A model generated the notes under the pieces. It searched no databases, was not told the origin of the DNA, and saw only the letters and a list, made by a program, of their open reading frames with translations. From Candidatus Aenigmatarchaeota archaeon (lineage in GTDB: Archaea; Aenigmatarchaeota; Aenigmatarchaeia; PWEA01; JACQIF01), in assembly GCA_016432325.1 (NCBI GenBank), contig CP066684.1, positions 128,001 to 192,000 on the forward strand: a stretch of 64,000 nucleotides of DNA, read 5' to 3'. A program made the position numbers and the translations under genes. Each line of letters starts with the position of its first letter. Position 1 is the first letter of the stretch. This document shows, piece by piece, positions 36,242 to 46,220 of this stretch.

Positions 36242-36308
36242 ACCCCGCGACCTATTGCGCCGCCGTTTATTTATAGCGTTTAAATAGGCGTTCGGCTTCC
36301 GTCATGTC

Positions 36309-37061
36309 ATGGACGTCGTGACATACGCGATAGCCAGCGTGATTCTCGTGAGCGCCGTATCCTTCGTCGGTGTGGCCGCGCTCGCGATAAGCAGGAAGAG
36401 ATTGCAGAGGATGCTTCTATACATGGTCGCGTTCTCCGCGGGCGCGCTTCTGGGCGACGTCTTCTTCCATCTCCTGCCTGAGACCGTGGAGACCGTCGGC
36501 TTCACCTCGCAGGTGTCGCTTTACGTGTTGTCCGGCATAGCCGTCTTTTTCGTCGTCGAGAAGGTCGTCCTCCGGACGCACGCTTCGAACGCCGCGCGTT
36601 CAAAGCGCGAATCCGTTCACTCGTTCGCGGTCATGAACCTTCTGGGCGACGGCATCCATAACTTCATCGACGGCCTCATCATAGGGGCAAGCTACATCGT
36701 GGCGACGCCGATAGGCATCGCCACAACGCTTGCCGTGGTTTTGCACGAGATTCCCCAGGAGATTGGGGACTTCGGTGTCCTGATGCGCGGCGGTTTCTCG
36801 AGAAAGAAGGCGCTTCTGTTCAATTTCATCACGGCCCTGACGGCCGTGGCAGGCGCAGGCGTCGCGCTCGCGCTGAACTCTTACGTGGGAGGCCTGACGG
36901 ATTTCCTCATCCCGTTCGCCGCCGGCGGATTCATATACATCGCGGGAGCCGACCTTATACCCGAACTTCACAAGGAATCGGGCGCGTTGCAGTCGTTGTT
37001 GCAGACGGCGGCTCTTATGCTCGGCTTGTTTGTGATGCTGTTGCTTAAAACCGCGGGTTAG
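36309..37061 (+). CDS. ZIP-family zinc transporter
   Basis: HLLPE, GDGIHNFIDG, HEIPQEIGDF, AAG.FIYIA..DLIPE. Confidence 0.93.
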   Translation: MDVVTYAIASVILVSAVSFVGVAALAISRKRLQRMLLYMVAFSAGALLGDVFFHLLPETVETVGFTSQVSLYVLSGIAVFFVVEKVVLRTHASNAARSKRESVHSFAVMNLLGDGIHNFIDGLIIGASYIVATPIGIATTLAVVLHEIPQEIGDFGVLMRGGFSRKKALLFNFITALTAVAGAGVALALNSYVGGLTDFLIPFAAGGFIYIAGADLIPELHKESGALQSLLQTAALMLGLFVMLLLKTAG

Positions 37062-37192
37062 CGTTCGAGAAGCTTGAGAAGACCGACCAATACGAGGAAC
37101 GCCCCTGCGAGTATGGAGAGAAGCTCGGGTTTCCACAGTATGAGCGCTCCGCTGACCAACGCCAGCGCACCGAGCACGCGTTCGTCTTTCAA
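37058..37192 (-). CDS. 44-aa two-TM microprotein (DUF3096-like; absent from ORF track)
   Basis: MKDERVLGALALVSGALILWKPELLSILAGAFLVLVGLLKLLER; GGAGGGG SD before TTG. Confidence 0.7.
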   Translation of the reverse strand: MKDERVLGALALVSGALILWKPELLSILAGAFLVLVGLLKLLER

Positions 37193-37271
37193 CGTATCCC
37201 CTCCATTGGAATTAGACCCCGGCGGGTGGTCACATCAGGCATAAATATTGGCTTCCCCATTATATAAGTCA

Positions 37272-37440
37272 CCTAGTGGGGTGGTTTTTCGGTCTCAGGC
37301 GTTTGCCGGGCCGAAGCGTTGGGGCGCATTCGCACTGCCTTCAGACGCGCAGGCGTTTGAAGTCAATACCTTCTGGTGCAAGGTGCCGTGTCCTCGACAC
37401 TCAACCCGAAGTGGTGTCGAATGCCCTCACGGCCACTAGG
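37272..37440. ncRNA. Candidate structured non-coding element of about 170 nt
   Basis: Terminal CCTAGTGG/CCACTAGG stem enclosing several internal hairpins; no convincing ORF. Confidence 0.5.
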
Positions 37441-37452
37441 ATTTTCGTTTTC

Positions 37453-37605
37453 TCATGCCAGCTGACTGACGAGCCCTATCTGGCTGTGAATGAGGATAAA
37501 GAGGACAATAAGAAACAGTATGAGAAAGACGGAGGCGCACGCGTACAAAGGCGTCTGGTCGAATCCCCTGTCGCCGAGCATGTCCAGTGGTTGGCGACGC
37601 CGCAT
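37453..37605 (-). CDS. Possible small single-TM protein with pilin-like N-terminus
   Basis: MRRRQPLDMLGDRGFDQTPLYACASVFLILFLIVLFILIHSQ... Confidence 0.4.
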   Translation of the reverse strand: MRRRQPLDMLGDRGFDQTPLYACASVFLILFLIVLFILIHSQIGLVSQLA

Positions 37606-37619
37606 AAAAACCTTTGCTG

Positions 37620-40286
37620 TCAGTCGATTATCCTGTAGCCGAGCAATCTTTTCGCAATCTCCGTCGTCGCCAGCACCGTCAGCGACACGGCTACCACGGC
37701 GACCCAGTCTCCGAAAGTCAGGGGCACGACTTCGAACACGGCGGCCAGCGGCGTGTAGAGCAGAACGAACTGAAGCGCGACAGAGAGAGCCACTGCCGCG
37801 AGGAGATACTTGTTGCGCAGGATTCCCTCTTTCAGCAGCGAGTCGTTCGTCCTGCAGCAGAACACGTTCACAATCTCGTACATCACGATAGTCGTGAAGG
37901 CAACGGTCTGCGCGTAGGCCGCGCCCTTCGGAAGATATGCGTAGAAGAGGGCGAGAGTGCCGACGGCCATTGTCGCGCCGACAGAGAGCAGGAACGCAGC
38001 GGTGTTCCAGTCCAGGATGGCCTTGTTCTTGGCGACGGGCTTCCTCCTCATCGCGTCCTTGGAGATGGGGTCCGCGCCAAGCGCTATCGCAGGCAGCCCG
38101 TCGGTGGCTATGTTTATCCACAGCAGCTGCAGCGCCTGAAGCGGCAGCACGGGGAACAGAAGGACGCCGAAGAAGAGTACGAAAACCTCCCCTATGTTTG
38201 AACTCAGGAGGTAGTTGACGAACTTCTGCACGTTGTCGTATACGCCGCGGCCTTCTTCGATAGCTGCGACGATGGACGAATAGTTGTCATCCACGAGAAC
38301 CATGTCGCTCGCTTCCTTGGCGACGTCCGTGCCTGTGACGCCCATCGCGACACCGACGTCGGATTTCTTGAGAGCAGGCGCGTCGTTGACGCCGTCGCCT
38401 GTCATCGCGACCACGTGGCCGTGTTTTTTGAGGGCGTCCACAATGCGCACCTTGTGCTCCGGATCGACGCGCGCAAAAACGGAAACGGTGCGTATCTTCT
38501 CCGCAAGCGCGTCATCGCCCATCTTGTCGAGTTCCTTGCCTTCGACGACATCGCTGCCGTCAAGCTCTACCAGCTGCGCTATCGCCCGCGCGGTGAGGGC
38601 GTTGTCTCCGGTGACCATGATAGTGCGGATGCCGGCTTCTCGCGCTTTCGCTATCGACGACTTTATCTCTTCCCTCGGCGGGTCCATCATGCCGGCGATT
38701 CCGAGGAAAACCAGTTCGCGTTCCGTTTGTTCGGGCGTGTATTCGCTCCGTTTCTCGATTTCCCTGTACGCGAACGCGAGGACGCGCAGCGCTTCGGAGC
38801 CCATGTGCCCGACCTCGGATAAGATGCGCACGCGATCTTTCTGGGTGATTGTACGGATGCGTCCGTCCGCCAGTATGCGGTCGCAGCGCTCCAGAATCTC
38901 CTCAGGAGCGCCTTTGGTGTGCACGACGAGCCCGCGCCCGACGGCGTTCACGGTGCTCATCATCTTGCGTTCCGCGTCGAAGGGTATCTCGGCCATGCGC
39001 GGATGTCTCTTCTCCTGTTCGGCTTTCTGCAAACCGGCCTTGCCGGTCAGCGTCAGAAGACATCCTTCGGTCGGGTCTCCAAGAACGTCCCAGCCGTTTT
39101 TCTGCACAATCTCCGCGTTGTTGGCCAGCACAGCCGTTCTTAACATGAGCATGAGGGTGTCGTTCTTTATCGCGTCTGTTTGTCTGCCGGCCTTCGTGAA
39201 TGCGCCTTCTGGCTTGTATCCTATGCCCGTAACGTCATAGACATTTTCATCGCAATAGACGCGCGTGACGGTCATCCTGTTCTGCGTCAACGTCCCTGTC
39301 TTGTCCGTGCAGATGACGGATATGGAGCCGAGCGTCTCGACGGCAGGCAGTTTTCTTATTATTGCGTTTCTTTTCACCATTCTTTGCACGCCGAGCGCAA
39401 GGGATACCGTGACTACGGCGGGCAATCCCTCGGGTATCGCGGCGACGGCCAGAGCAACGCCCACTATGAACATCTGCCTCACGATGTCGAGCGTTATCAG
39501 AGGGCTCTTCAGGACTCCTGCGAGGGCGACGACCGCGACTATTACCAGCGTTGCCAGGCCGAGTTTCTTGCTTATCTCCTCCATCTTTATTTCCAGCGGC
39601 AGCTTCTCTTTGCCCTCCTGTACGAGAGACGCTATCCTTCCCAGCTCGGTCTGCATACCAGTGCTTACGACGATCGCTCTGGCGACGCCGTAGGAGACAT
39701 CCGTGCCCATGAAAACCATGTTGGTTCGCTGCACGACAGTCGCGTCATCCTTCAGGACTCCAGAGAATTTTTTGACAGGAACAGATTCGCCGGTGAGCGA
39801 CGCCTCCTGCATCTTCAGGTTGCTGGATTCGACAATCCTCGCATCCGCGGGTACTTTGTCCCCGGGTTCCAGTGTGACGATGTCTCCAGGCACAAGCTCA
39901 GACGTAACCACTTCTGTCTTCCTGCCGTCCCTGATAACAGTGCACGTATTCTTGACCATCTTCCTGAGCGCCTCGAGCGCGCGCTCGGCCTTGTACTCCT
40001 GGAAGAATCCCAGCGCGGCGTTTAGTACGAGTATCGCTAGTATCGCTATCGCGTCAAGCCCCTCGCCTATGGCAGCAGACACGAGGGCCGCGATGAGCAG
40101 CAGGATGACCAGGAAGTTCTTGAACTGGTCAAAGAACATCACTATCGGGTTTACGCCGCCTACGCGCTTGAGCTCGTTGCGGCCGTATCTTTCCAGCCGC
40201 GACGGCGCTTCTGCAGACGAGAGGCCCGACGCCGATGAGTTGAGCTCCTTATAGACGGCGTCTATAGGCGACGAGTGCCAGAGCAT
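37620..40286 (-). CDS. P-type IIA (Ca2+-type) cation-transporting ATPase
   Basis: [41 protein letters not shown]. Confidence 0.96.
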   Translation of the reverse strand: MLWHSSPIDAVYKELNSSASGLSSAEAPSRLERYGRNELKRVGGVNPIVMFFDQFKNFLVILLLIAALVSAAIGEGLDAIAILAILVLNAALGFFQEYKAERALEALRKMVKNTCTVIRDGRKTEVVTSELVPGDIVTLEPGDKVPADARIVESSNLKMQEASLTGESVPVKKFSGVLKDDATVVQRTNMVFMGTDVSYGVARAIVVSTGMQTELGRIASLVQEGKEKLPLEIKMEEISKKLGLATLVIVAVVALAGVLKSPLITLDIVRQMFIVGVALAVAAIPEGLPAVVTVSLALGVQRMVKRNAIIRKLPAVETLGSISVICTDKTGTLTQNRMTVTRVYCDENVYDVTGIGYKPEGAFTKAGRQTDAIKNDTLMLMLRTAVLANNAEIVQKNGWDVLGDPTEGCLLTLTGKAGLQKAEQEKRHPRMAEIPFDAERKMMSTVNAVGRGLVVHTKGAPEEILERCDRILADGRIRTITQKDRVRILSEVGHMGSEALRVLAFAYREIEKRSEYTPEQTERELVFLGIAGMMDPPREEIKSSIAKAREAGIRTIMVTGDNALTARAIAQLVELDGSDVVEGKELDKMGDDALAEKIRTVSVFARVDPEHKVRIVDALKKHGHVVAMTGDGVNDAPALKKSDVGVAMGVTGTDVAKEASDMVLVDDNYSSIVAAIEEGRGVYDNVQKFVNYLLSSNIGEVFVLFFGVLLFPVLPLQALQLLWINIATDGLPAIALGADPISKDAMRRKPVAKNKAILDWNTAAFLLSVGATMAVGTLALFYAYLPKGAAYAQTVAFTTIVMYEIVNVFCCRTNDSLLKEGILRNKYLLAAVALSVALQFVLLYTPLAAVFEVVPLTFGDWVAVVAVSLTVLATTEIAKRLLGYRIID

Positions 40287-40318
40287 AAGCGTATTGGAAA
40301 GAGCCCGTTCTTAAATCA

Positions 40319-40507
40319 TCATTCGCCCTTCTTCTTGAGAACGATATCGCAGTTGGGGCACATGCCCTTCTCCTTGTACATGGTGCTGCAAATCTCGCAG
40401 ACGTAACGGGCCCTTTTCTCCTCTTTTTTCTCTTCGTCGCCCTCTTCTTCGCTTTCCTCGTCTCCTGTGTCAGCGGACTCGTATTTCTCGTCTTCTTCGT
40501 CTGGCAT
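40319..40507 (-). CDS. Acidic zinc-finger microprotein
   Basis: D/E-rich N-terminus, YVCEIC...GMCPNC; GAGGTG SD. Confidence 0.75.
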   Translation of the reverse strand: MPDEEDEKYESADTGDEESEEEGDEEKKEEKRARYVCEICSTMYKEKGMCPNCDIVLKKKGE

Positions 40508-40516
40508 CGTTACACC

Positions 40517-40669
40517 TCATTGGCTCGCGGGCGGGTTGAAAGCGCCCAGTACGTTCAGCAGGAACAGCAGCAATTCCGTGGGCGTGGGCAGCCCGAGCAG
40601 TTTCAATCCTACGTGGACGGCCACATATATTACAATCAACCACAGCAGATGCTTGAGCTTCATACCCAT
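40517..40669 (-). CDS. 50-aa membrane microprotein (absent from ORF track)
   Basis: MGMKLKHLLWLIVIYVAVHVGLKLLGLPTPTELLLFLLNVLGAFNPPASQ; fills the gap between flanking genes with coupled ends. Confidence 0.6.
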   Translation of the reverse strand: MGMKLKHLLWLIVIYVAVHVGLKLLGLPTPTELLLFLLNVLGAFNPPASQ

Positions 40670-42348
40670 GCGCCTTTCCTGTACCTGTCTTTCAGGTGCC
40701 GTACGTGATGCTTCCTCATGGTTATTATATCTTTTCCCCTGCCCAGCGTGAACTCGCTGACCATCTTGGCCGCGGTTTCGCTGCCCAGGAAATGCGGCAT
40801 CACCACATAGTCGGCTCCCATGCCGTACAACTCTTGCGCGTCTTTGACCGTTCCTGCCGTAACGAAGATAATGGATCCCGTCTTTTTGAAGCCGTCTATC
40901 ACAGACGCGCTGTCGTCAAACCCCGGCATCGTGGACACGACGAGTTTCGGCTTCAGCCGCAACAGTCCTTCCTGCACGTACGCGTCTGTGGCGTCTCCGT
41001 AGAGGCAGTTGTATCCCTTTGCGCGCAGCTCTTTGACAACCGCGGGGTTGAAGTCTATGACCGACAACTTTTTCTTGGCCGTTTTCATGTGCGACAGGAA
41101 GACGCGGCCCATCCTGTCGCATCCTATCAGTATGGTGTCGGCGCGGTATTTGCGCATGTTCGGTTTCAGCTCTTTGATGTTCTTGCGCTCGAACACGCCG
41201 AGGTACGGGGCGAGCAGGCGGAACAGCCTCTCGCCGTGCGCCATCATGTAGACAGAGCCGGCTATCGTCACGGCGCCTACCAGAGTGACAAGCGTGACGG
41301 CCGTCTGCGTCACGTGGCCGAATGCAAGGCCGAGGGCCATCAGTATCAGCGAAAATTCGCTTATCTGGGCGATTGTCAGACCGGTCATGAAACCCGTCCG
41401 CTTCGTGTAGCCGAGCGCTCCCATCAGGACCATCACTATCAGTGGGTTTCCGACGAGCACGAAAAGAGACAGCGCGAGCGCCGGATAGAGGATCGTTCCT
41501 ATCAGCGCGGGAGTCATCTGCGTTCCCAGAGCGATGAAGAACAGGACGACGAAGAAATCGCGGAGCGGCCGGATGCGCGAGCCGAGGTCATACGTATACG
41601 GAAGGGAAGCCATGCTGACGCCGGCGAGGAAGGCGCCTGCCTCTATGGACAGCTCGGCGGCAGCCGCTATTCCGGCAAAGAGGAACATCCACGCGATGCC
41701 TGCGAGGAAGAGCAGCTCCTGCGAGCGCGCGATATATCCCATGACAGGCGGCAGGAAGTAGCGGCTTGATAAATATACGAGCGCCAGGAACAGCAACGTC
41801 TTTCCGGCGGTGAGTCCCACGAGAACGGGCAACGGAACTCCCGAAGCGAAGCCTGTTATCAGTATCAAAACGACGATAGACACGAAGTCCTGCACAAGGA
41901 GCAAACCGACGGACACCTTGCCGTAGAGAGCATCCAGATCCCCCTTGTCCGAGAGTACCTTCACGACTATGACGGTCGACGAGAACGTGAGCGCGGCGCT
42001 GATGTACAATGCTTCGACCATTTCGAAACCCATGGCGCGGACGATGAAGTAGCCTATAAGCGAGGTGAAGAGCACCTGTCCCAGTCCTGTCACGAAAGAG
42101 ATGCTTCCGACCTCTCTCAGCACGCGGGGCTTGAGGTTAAGGCCTATCAGGTATAACAGGAATGCAACGCCGATCGCGGAGAACGCTTCGAGGGTTCCGG
42201 ACGGTTTCACGAATCCGAGCACAGGGCCGACGAGCAGGCCGGCGATTATGTAGGCGATGATGGGCGGCTGTCTCAGCGCGTGCGCCAGTAATGCGACGAG
42301 CGCCGATGCGACTACGACGAGCCCGATGTCAAAGAAGACCGACGACAT
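40660..42348 (-). CDS. CPA2/Kef-type K+/H+ antiporter with RCK_N domain
   Basis: FSST..VVK.L, LVQD, LRDFF..LFF, QISEF, G..R.G, YGDA. Confidence 0.93.
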   Translation of the reverse strand: MSSVFFDIGLVVVASALVALLAHALRQPPIIAYIIAGLLVGPVLGFVKPSGTLEAFSAIGVAFLLYLIGLNLKPRVLREVGSISFVTGLGQVLFTSLIGYFIVRAMGFEMVEALYISAALTFSSTVIVVKVLSDKGDLDALYGKVSVGLLLVQDFVSIVVLILITGFASGVPLPVLVGLTAGKTLLFLALVYLSSRYFLPPVMGYIARSQELLFLAGIAWMFLFAGIAAAAELSIEAGAFLAGVSMASLPYTYDLGSRIRPLRDFFVVLFFIALGTQMTPALIGTILYPALALSLFVLVGNPLIVMVLMGALGYTKRTGFMTGLTIAQISEFSLILMALGLAFGHVTQTAVTLVTLVGAVTIAGSVYMMAHGERLFRLLAPYLGVFERKNIKELKPNMRKYRADTILIGCDRMGRVFLSHMKTAKKKLSVIDFNPAVVKELRAKGYNCLYGDATDAYVQEGLLRLKPKLVVSTMPGFDDSASVIDGFKKTGSIIFVTAGTVKDAQELYGMGADYVVMPHFLGSETAAKMVSEFTLGRGKDIITMRKHHVRHLKDRYRKGAWV

Positions 42349-42386
42349 ACGCGTGGTGGCGCACCGGAGAATAAAAGCGTTTTGTC

Positions 42387-43199
42387 TCACGAGCCTCTAA
42401 GCGTTCGCCGGCTTTCTTCCAGCTCGTCGTCCACGTCCTTTATTTTGTTGAGAGCGTCGACAGCCTGCGCGGCTGCGGATGCGATATCGCCTCTTTGCAG
42501 AGTCTCCTTGGCTTCTTCGAGGATGCTCTTCGCTTCGTCTATCCTGCCCTGCGCGTCGACTATCGCGTTGTGCATGTCAGGGTCGCGCTCCGTTTCTATT
42601 TTTTCCACGGTCTCTGTCGCCGCGTTTATAATTTGCGTGACGCGTTCCGCGGACTCTTCCAGCGCTTTTTCCATGGCCGGCCGCGTCAGCTTGACGGCTT
42701 GCACGGGATCGTCTTTTTTCAGAGCCTCCACGGCCTTGTTTCCGGCCTCCTCGTCTTTTTTCGTATCAAGCCCGAGAGATTCCTTGAGAGCGGAGGCTGT
42801 TTCCAAAGACGAGATGTTTTCCTTGGCTGCCCCGAACTTGTTGAAGAACATACGGCTGAGCGTAACCGCGGGGAAGAAGCCCAGAGCGATTTCCAGGGTG
42901 TCGCCCACGACAGGTATGAAGCTCAGCGGTATAAGGTTTGCGGCTTCCCACGCCAGAAAGAGACCGACTCCTGTGCCTGATATCTTCTTCTCCTTGTTGA
43001 ATATCATCATCGCCGCAATCCAGTCTCCGATGTCTATTCCGATGAGGCCCAGTCCGAAGACGAAGTTGTCCGCGAACGAGAACAGGCCGTCGACCAGAAA
43101 GTCATAAGCCAGAGTCTCGATGTACCTGCGGAACACGAGGGCCAGCGCCACGAAAAGGACGATGCCTGCGCCAAGAACGATTGTCGCATCCAGTGCCAT
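42387..43199 (-). CDS. Hypothetical membrane protein with C-terminal helical/coiled-coil domain
   Basis: N-terminal TM segments; directly downstream of the pilin-like gene. Confidence 0.7.
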   Translation of the reverse strand: MALDATIVLGAGIVLFVALALVFRRYIETLAYDFLVDGLFSFADNFVFGLGLIGIDIGDWIAAMMIFNKEKKISGTGVGLFLAWEAANLIPLSFIPVVGDTLEIALGFFPAVTLSRMFFNKFGAAKENISSLETASALKESLGLDTKKDEEAGNKAVEALKKDDPVQAVKLTRPAMEKALEESAERVTQIINAATETVEKIETERDPDMHNAIVDAQGRIDEAKSILEEAKETLQRGDIASAAAQAVDALNKIKDVDDELEESRRTLRGS

Positions 43200-43200
43200 G

Positions 43201-44091
43201 TTACGGCGCCTCCGGCAGGCGGATTCTTATATAGTCGGTTTCCGTTTTCTCTCCTGCAGCGTCGACCACGATTCCCACGCTTCCTTCCGTGTATTGGCTG
43301 TCAATAAGGAACGCATCCCATTCGTCCGGCTCTTGCGTTCCCTCGGCCCACGCCTTTCCGAAATAGGTGCCGTCGCCTTCCGACGACACTTCAAAGAGAT
43401 ACCATTTCTGCGGGTCCCATTTCCATTCGTACGTGGCACTGCCTTTCTTCACGTCTCCCTTCCAGAACGCGATCTCTGTGGTTGCGGCGTTGCGGTCCGA
43501 CACTCCAAAAGCATATCCTCCGTCATTTTGAAGAAACGCCACCTGCGGCGAGTCGCCCTTCATCTTTGTTGCGAGAATCCATGCGCCTCTTTTCATAATC
43601 GTTCTGTCCAGCGCGAGTCCGGTTCCCATATTCCTGACCACAGCGTTCCCGTTGGATATGTTCAACGTCACGCCTTCTGTTTGCCAATCCGGCTGCTCGT
43701 TAAACTCTTCATTGTAGACGCACAGTTCCGCTTCAGCCGACGTTATTGAAAAAGAGCTGACGCCTTCTATCTTTACACGGCACGGTCCGGGCACAAGTTG
43801 CAGAACGAGTTCCCCTGTCCTGCCGGGCGCTATGGGTTCGGCCTGTTCGTATGCGAACGCGCGGCCGTTGACGAGCAGGCGCACGCTTCCGGGCCTGATT
43901 TCCTCTGTTCCGTCGTTGCGCACCAGGACCGTGCTGTCCCTTACGCTCTGTATGGTAAAGCTGGTCGCCAGCGGGCCTGTCAGGTCCGCCTCGTGCGGCG
44001 CGCCCGCTAGCGCATATGCGGCTATGGCCAATACTACGAGAATGATGACAAACATCGCGGCTATCGAAGTCGTGGGGTTCACGCCTTTCAT
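43201..44091 (-). CDS. Type IV pilin-like protein with C-terminal beta (lectin-like) domain
   Basis: Class III signal MKG|VNP followed by a hydrophobic helix; VRNDGT..I and I.PG..G. Confidence 0.7.
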   Translation of the reverse strand: MKGVNPTTSIAAMFVIILVVLAIAAYALAGAPHEADLTGPLATSFTIQSVRDSTVLVRNDGTEEIRPGSVRLLVNGRAFAYEQAEPIAPGRTGELVLQLVPGPCRVKIEGVSSFSITSAEAELCVYNEEFNEQPDWQTEGVTLNISNGNAVVRNMGTGLALDRTIMKRGAWILATKMKGDSPQVAFLQNDGGYAFGVSDRNAATTEIAFWKGDVKKGSATYEWKWDPQKWYLFEVSSEGDGTYFGKAWAEGTQEPDEWDAFLIDSQYTEGSVGIVVDAAGEKTETDYIRIRLPEAP

Positions 44092-44114
44092 GTGCGTATA
44101 TCGTTCGGGTAGGC

Positions 44115-44852
44115 TTAAAAGGCTTTGTTTTCAAGCATCTCGCGTTCTATATCGTTCAGCTCTGCGGGGATTATCAACACGGCAGGCGTAGGCATGGCCG
44201 TTCGTTTGAGCTCCGCCAGCGTCGCGTAAGATATCACGTCGGTTTCTCCGAAAGACGCGGCCACGGCCTTCCTCGTTTCTCCTATCATGCCTTTTCTCTT
44301 TTCCTTCTCCGCCGCCTCCAGCAGTTCGACGGCTTCCTTCACAGTCATCGGCCTGTCGCCCACGTCGAGAAGACACAGCGTGTGCGCTCCGACGCGCAGG
44401 TTCTCCAGAATGACGTCGTAGAAGCTTAGCGGCGCGAAGCCCTCCTGCGGTCGCGGAAGCGTGCACGTCTTGCCGAACTTGTATATTGAGAGGCCGGTTG
44501 AAGCGACGGCGGATATGACGGACGGCGCATGGATAACGCGCACGTCAACTCCCAGCCTCTTCGCTTCCAGAAACAGCGCGACGTGTGTGGTCGCTACCAG
44601 AGGGTCCCCGGGAACTAGAACGGCCACGTCGCGCGTGCGCGAATCCTCGAGAAGCTTTCCCATTCCCTCTTCCATGTCGCCGCGTTTCAGTTCCGTTATA
44701 GTCTTGCGCAGCCTCTCTTCCAGCGCCTCTTTCCCTTTCCATTTGGACGTGTAGAGCTCTATGCAGATGCGCTCGCACGCTTGCATAGTTTCGAGACCTT
44801 TCAGCGTGATGTCTCGTTCGTCGTGCAGTCCTACTCCTATGAGATAGAGCAT
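44115..44852 (-). CDS. dph5: Diphthine synthase
   Basis: LYLIGVGLHDERDITLKG, ELYTS, GDPLVATTH, GL..YKFGKT, HTLCLLD. Confidence 0.95.
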   Translation of the reverse strand: MLYLIGVGLHDERDITLKGLETMQACERICIELYTSKWKGKEALEERLRKTITELKRGDMEEGMGKLLEDSRTRDVAVLVPGDPLVATTHVALFLEAKRLGVDVRVIHAPSVISAVASTGLSIYKFGKTCTLPRPQEGFAPLSFYDVILENLRVGAHTLCLLDVGDRPMTVKEAVELLEAAEKEKRKGMIGETRKAVAASFGETDVISYATLAELKRTAMPTPAVLIIPAELNDIEREMLENKAF

Positions 44853-44904
44853 GGAATCAGGTTCGTGCAACACACTATAAATATAGGGCCGAAACAGTCC
44901 GCAT

Positions 44905-45276
44905 ATGGACTGGACGAAAGCGCTGACGCTCGGCATCGCCGACTACATCATGGTGTTCATGCTTCTGATGGCCGCCGATCTGGCGTACCTGTCCCGAAGC
45001 TCCATGGAGATAGTGGCTGTAGTCCTGAACCTTTTCCTTGTTCTGTTTCTGGCCTACTACTATTTCCGCTGGGTGGGCGTCCGCACGAAAAACGACGGCA
45101 TTTTCCTCGGCGGCTCGTGGGTTGTCGTCGCGTTCGTGCTTGAGGCCGCCCTAGGCGCGACGGGCTTTTCCAGAGGGCCGTTCGTGGGCGACGTCTCCTT
45201 TTGGCTGTACAGTTTCGAACGTCTGGCGCTACCGATGGTTTTCAGCAGCGGGCTGATAGAAATCAAGGGTGCCTAA
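44905..45276 (+). CDS. Hypothetical membrane protein
   Basis: Three to four TM segments; TATA about 25 nt upstream. Confidence 0.7.
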   Translation: MDWTKALTLGIADYIMVFMLLMAADLAYLSRSSMEIVAVVLNLFLVLFLAYYYFRWVGVRTKNDGIFLGGSWVVVAFVLEAALGATGFSRGPFVGDVSFWLYSFERLALPMVFSSGLIEIKGA

Positions 45277-45317
45277 CAGTTGTACTATTTATAAAAGTTC
45301 GGGGCTAGGGAAAGCGT

Positions 45318-46220
45318 ATGGACAAATCCAAACCGATGGAGCGAGAAGAGGTTATCGGTGTCAGAAAGGATTTGGAAATGTTGGGTTTGACGATGCATGG
45401 GGCGTCGATAGTGCTGAGTCTTGCAGAGGCGCCAGCTGAGGGAATCACGGCGGCTGAGATATGCGATCTCTCGAGGAGGGCGGGCGCGAATATATTCAGA
45501 ACGAAGGTCTACAGCGAAATAAGCAAACTTGAGGAAAAAGGACTGGTGCTGCAGACAGGGGGGAACGCAGAATACGCGAAGCGATTTTGTCTCGCCCACG
45601 ATTACTCGGAGACAATCGGCATCCTCGCGGGGAGACTCTCGGAACCCGTAGAGACGGCGCGGACGAGACTTCTCGCGTCTTCAAGGCAGATTCAGAACGG
45701 ATACGCGACAGACACTACGGGAGGAATAGGAACCATAACATCGGATAGAGTTATAACGAGAATAAAACACGAAACTCTCGACGGGGCCGAAGAAGAGATA
45801 TTGCTGATGATCGGGCAATCGCCAACATCTTTGTTGGATAGAAGGTCAGGGGACATTGTGAGGAGTAGGGCGCGGAGCATTGGCGTGAAATGTCTCTTGG
45901 CCGAACCCGGTACGATTAAGGACGCCGTTAACAGAAGGAGATGCGGTCTCCTAGAAAAGTCACTGGAAACGGCTGGCGTGGACACCGGATATCACGAACC
46001 GCGGTCCCTTGAAATGATCGTTGCCGATTCGGAGGAAGCTTTGGTGTTCGTATACCCTTCGGGCATGATGGAATCGATGAGCCCGGCAAAGGTTCTGTTC
46101 TCCACAGGAACCGAATTCGCCCGCGATATGCGAGACCTTTTCCTCTCCAAGTTCCCGAAGGCCGGGGTCGCGAAGGAGTCACCACCCATAATACAGCCTC
46201 TCGGCGAGGGAACTGGGTAG
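45318..46220 (+). CDS. TrmB-family transcriptional regulator
   Basis: L..LGLT, A.EI, RTKVY..I..LEEKGLV, A.EEI and IVAD..EA. Confidence 0.75.
   Translation: MDKSKPMEREEVIGVRKDLEMLGLTMHGASIVLSLAEAPAEGITAAEICDLSRRAGANIFRTKVYSEISKLEEKGLVLQTGGNAEYAKRFCLAHDYSETIGILAGRLSEPVETARTRLLASSRQIQNGYATDTTGGIGTITSDRVITRIKHETLDGAEEEILLMIGQSPTSLLDRRSGDIVRSRARSIGVKCLLAEPGTIKDAVNRRRCGLLEKSLETAGVDTGYHEPRSLEMIVADSEEALVFVYPSGMMESMSPAKVLFSTGTEFARDMRDLFLSKFPKAGVAKESPPIIQPLGEGTG

Noticed and set aside
37272-37440. RNase P RNA
   Set aside because: The conserved P4 sequences (GAGGAAAGUCC and the 3' ACAGAA..GCU region) were not found on either strand
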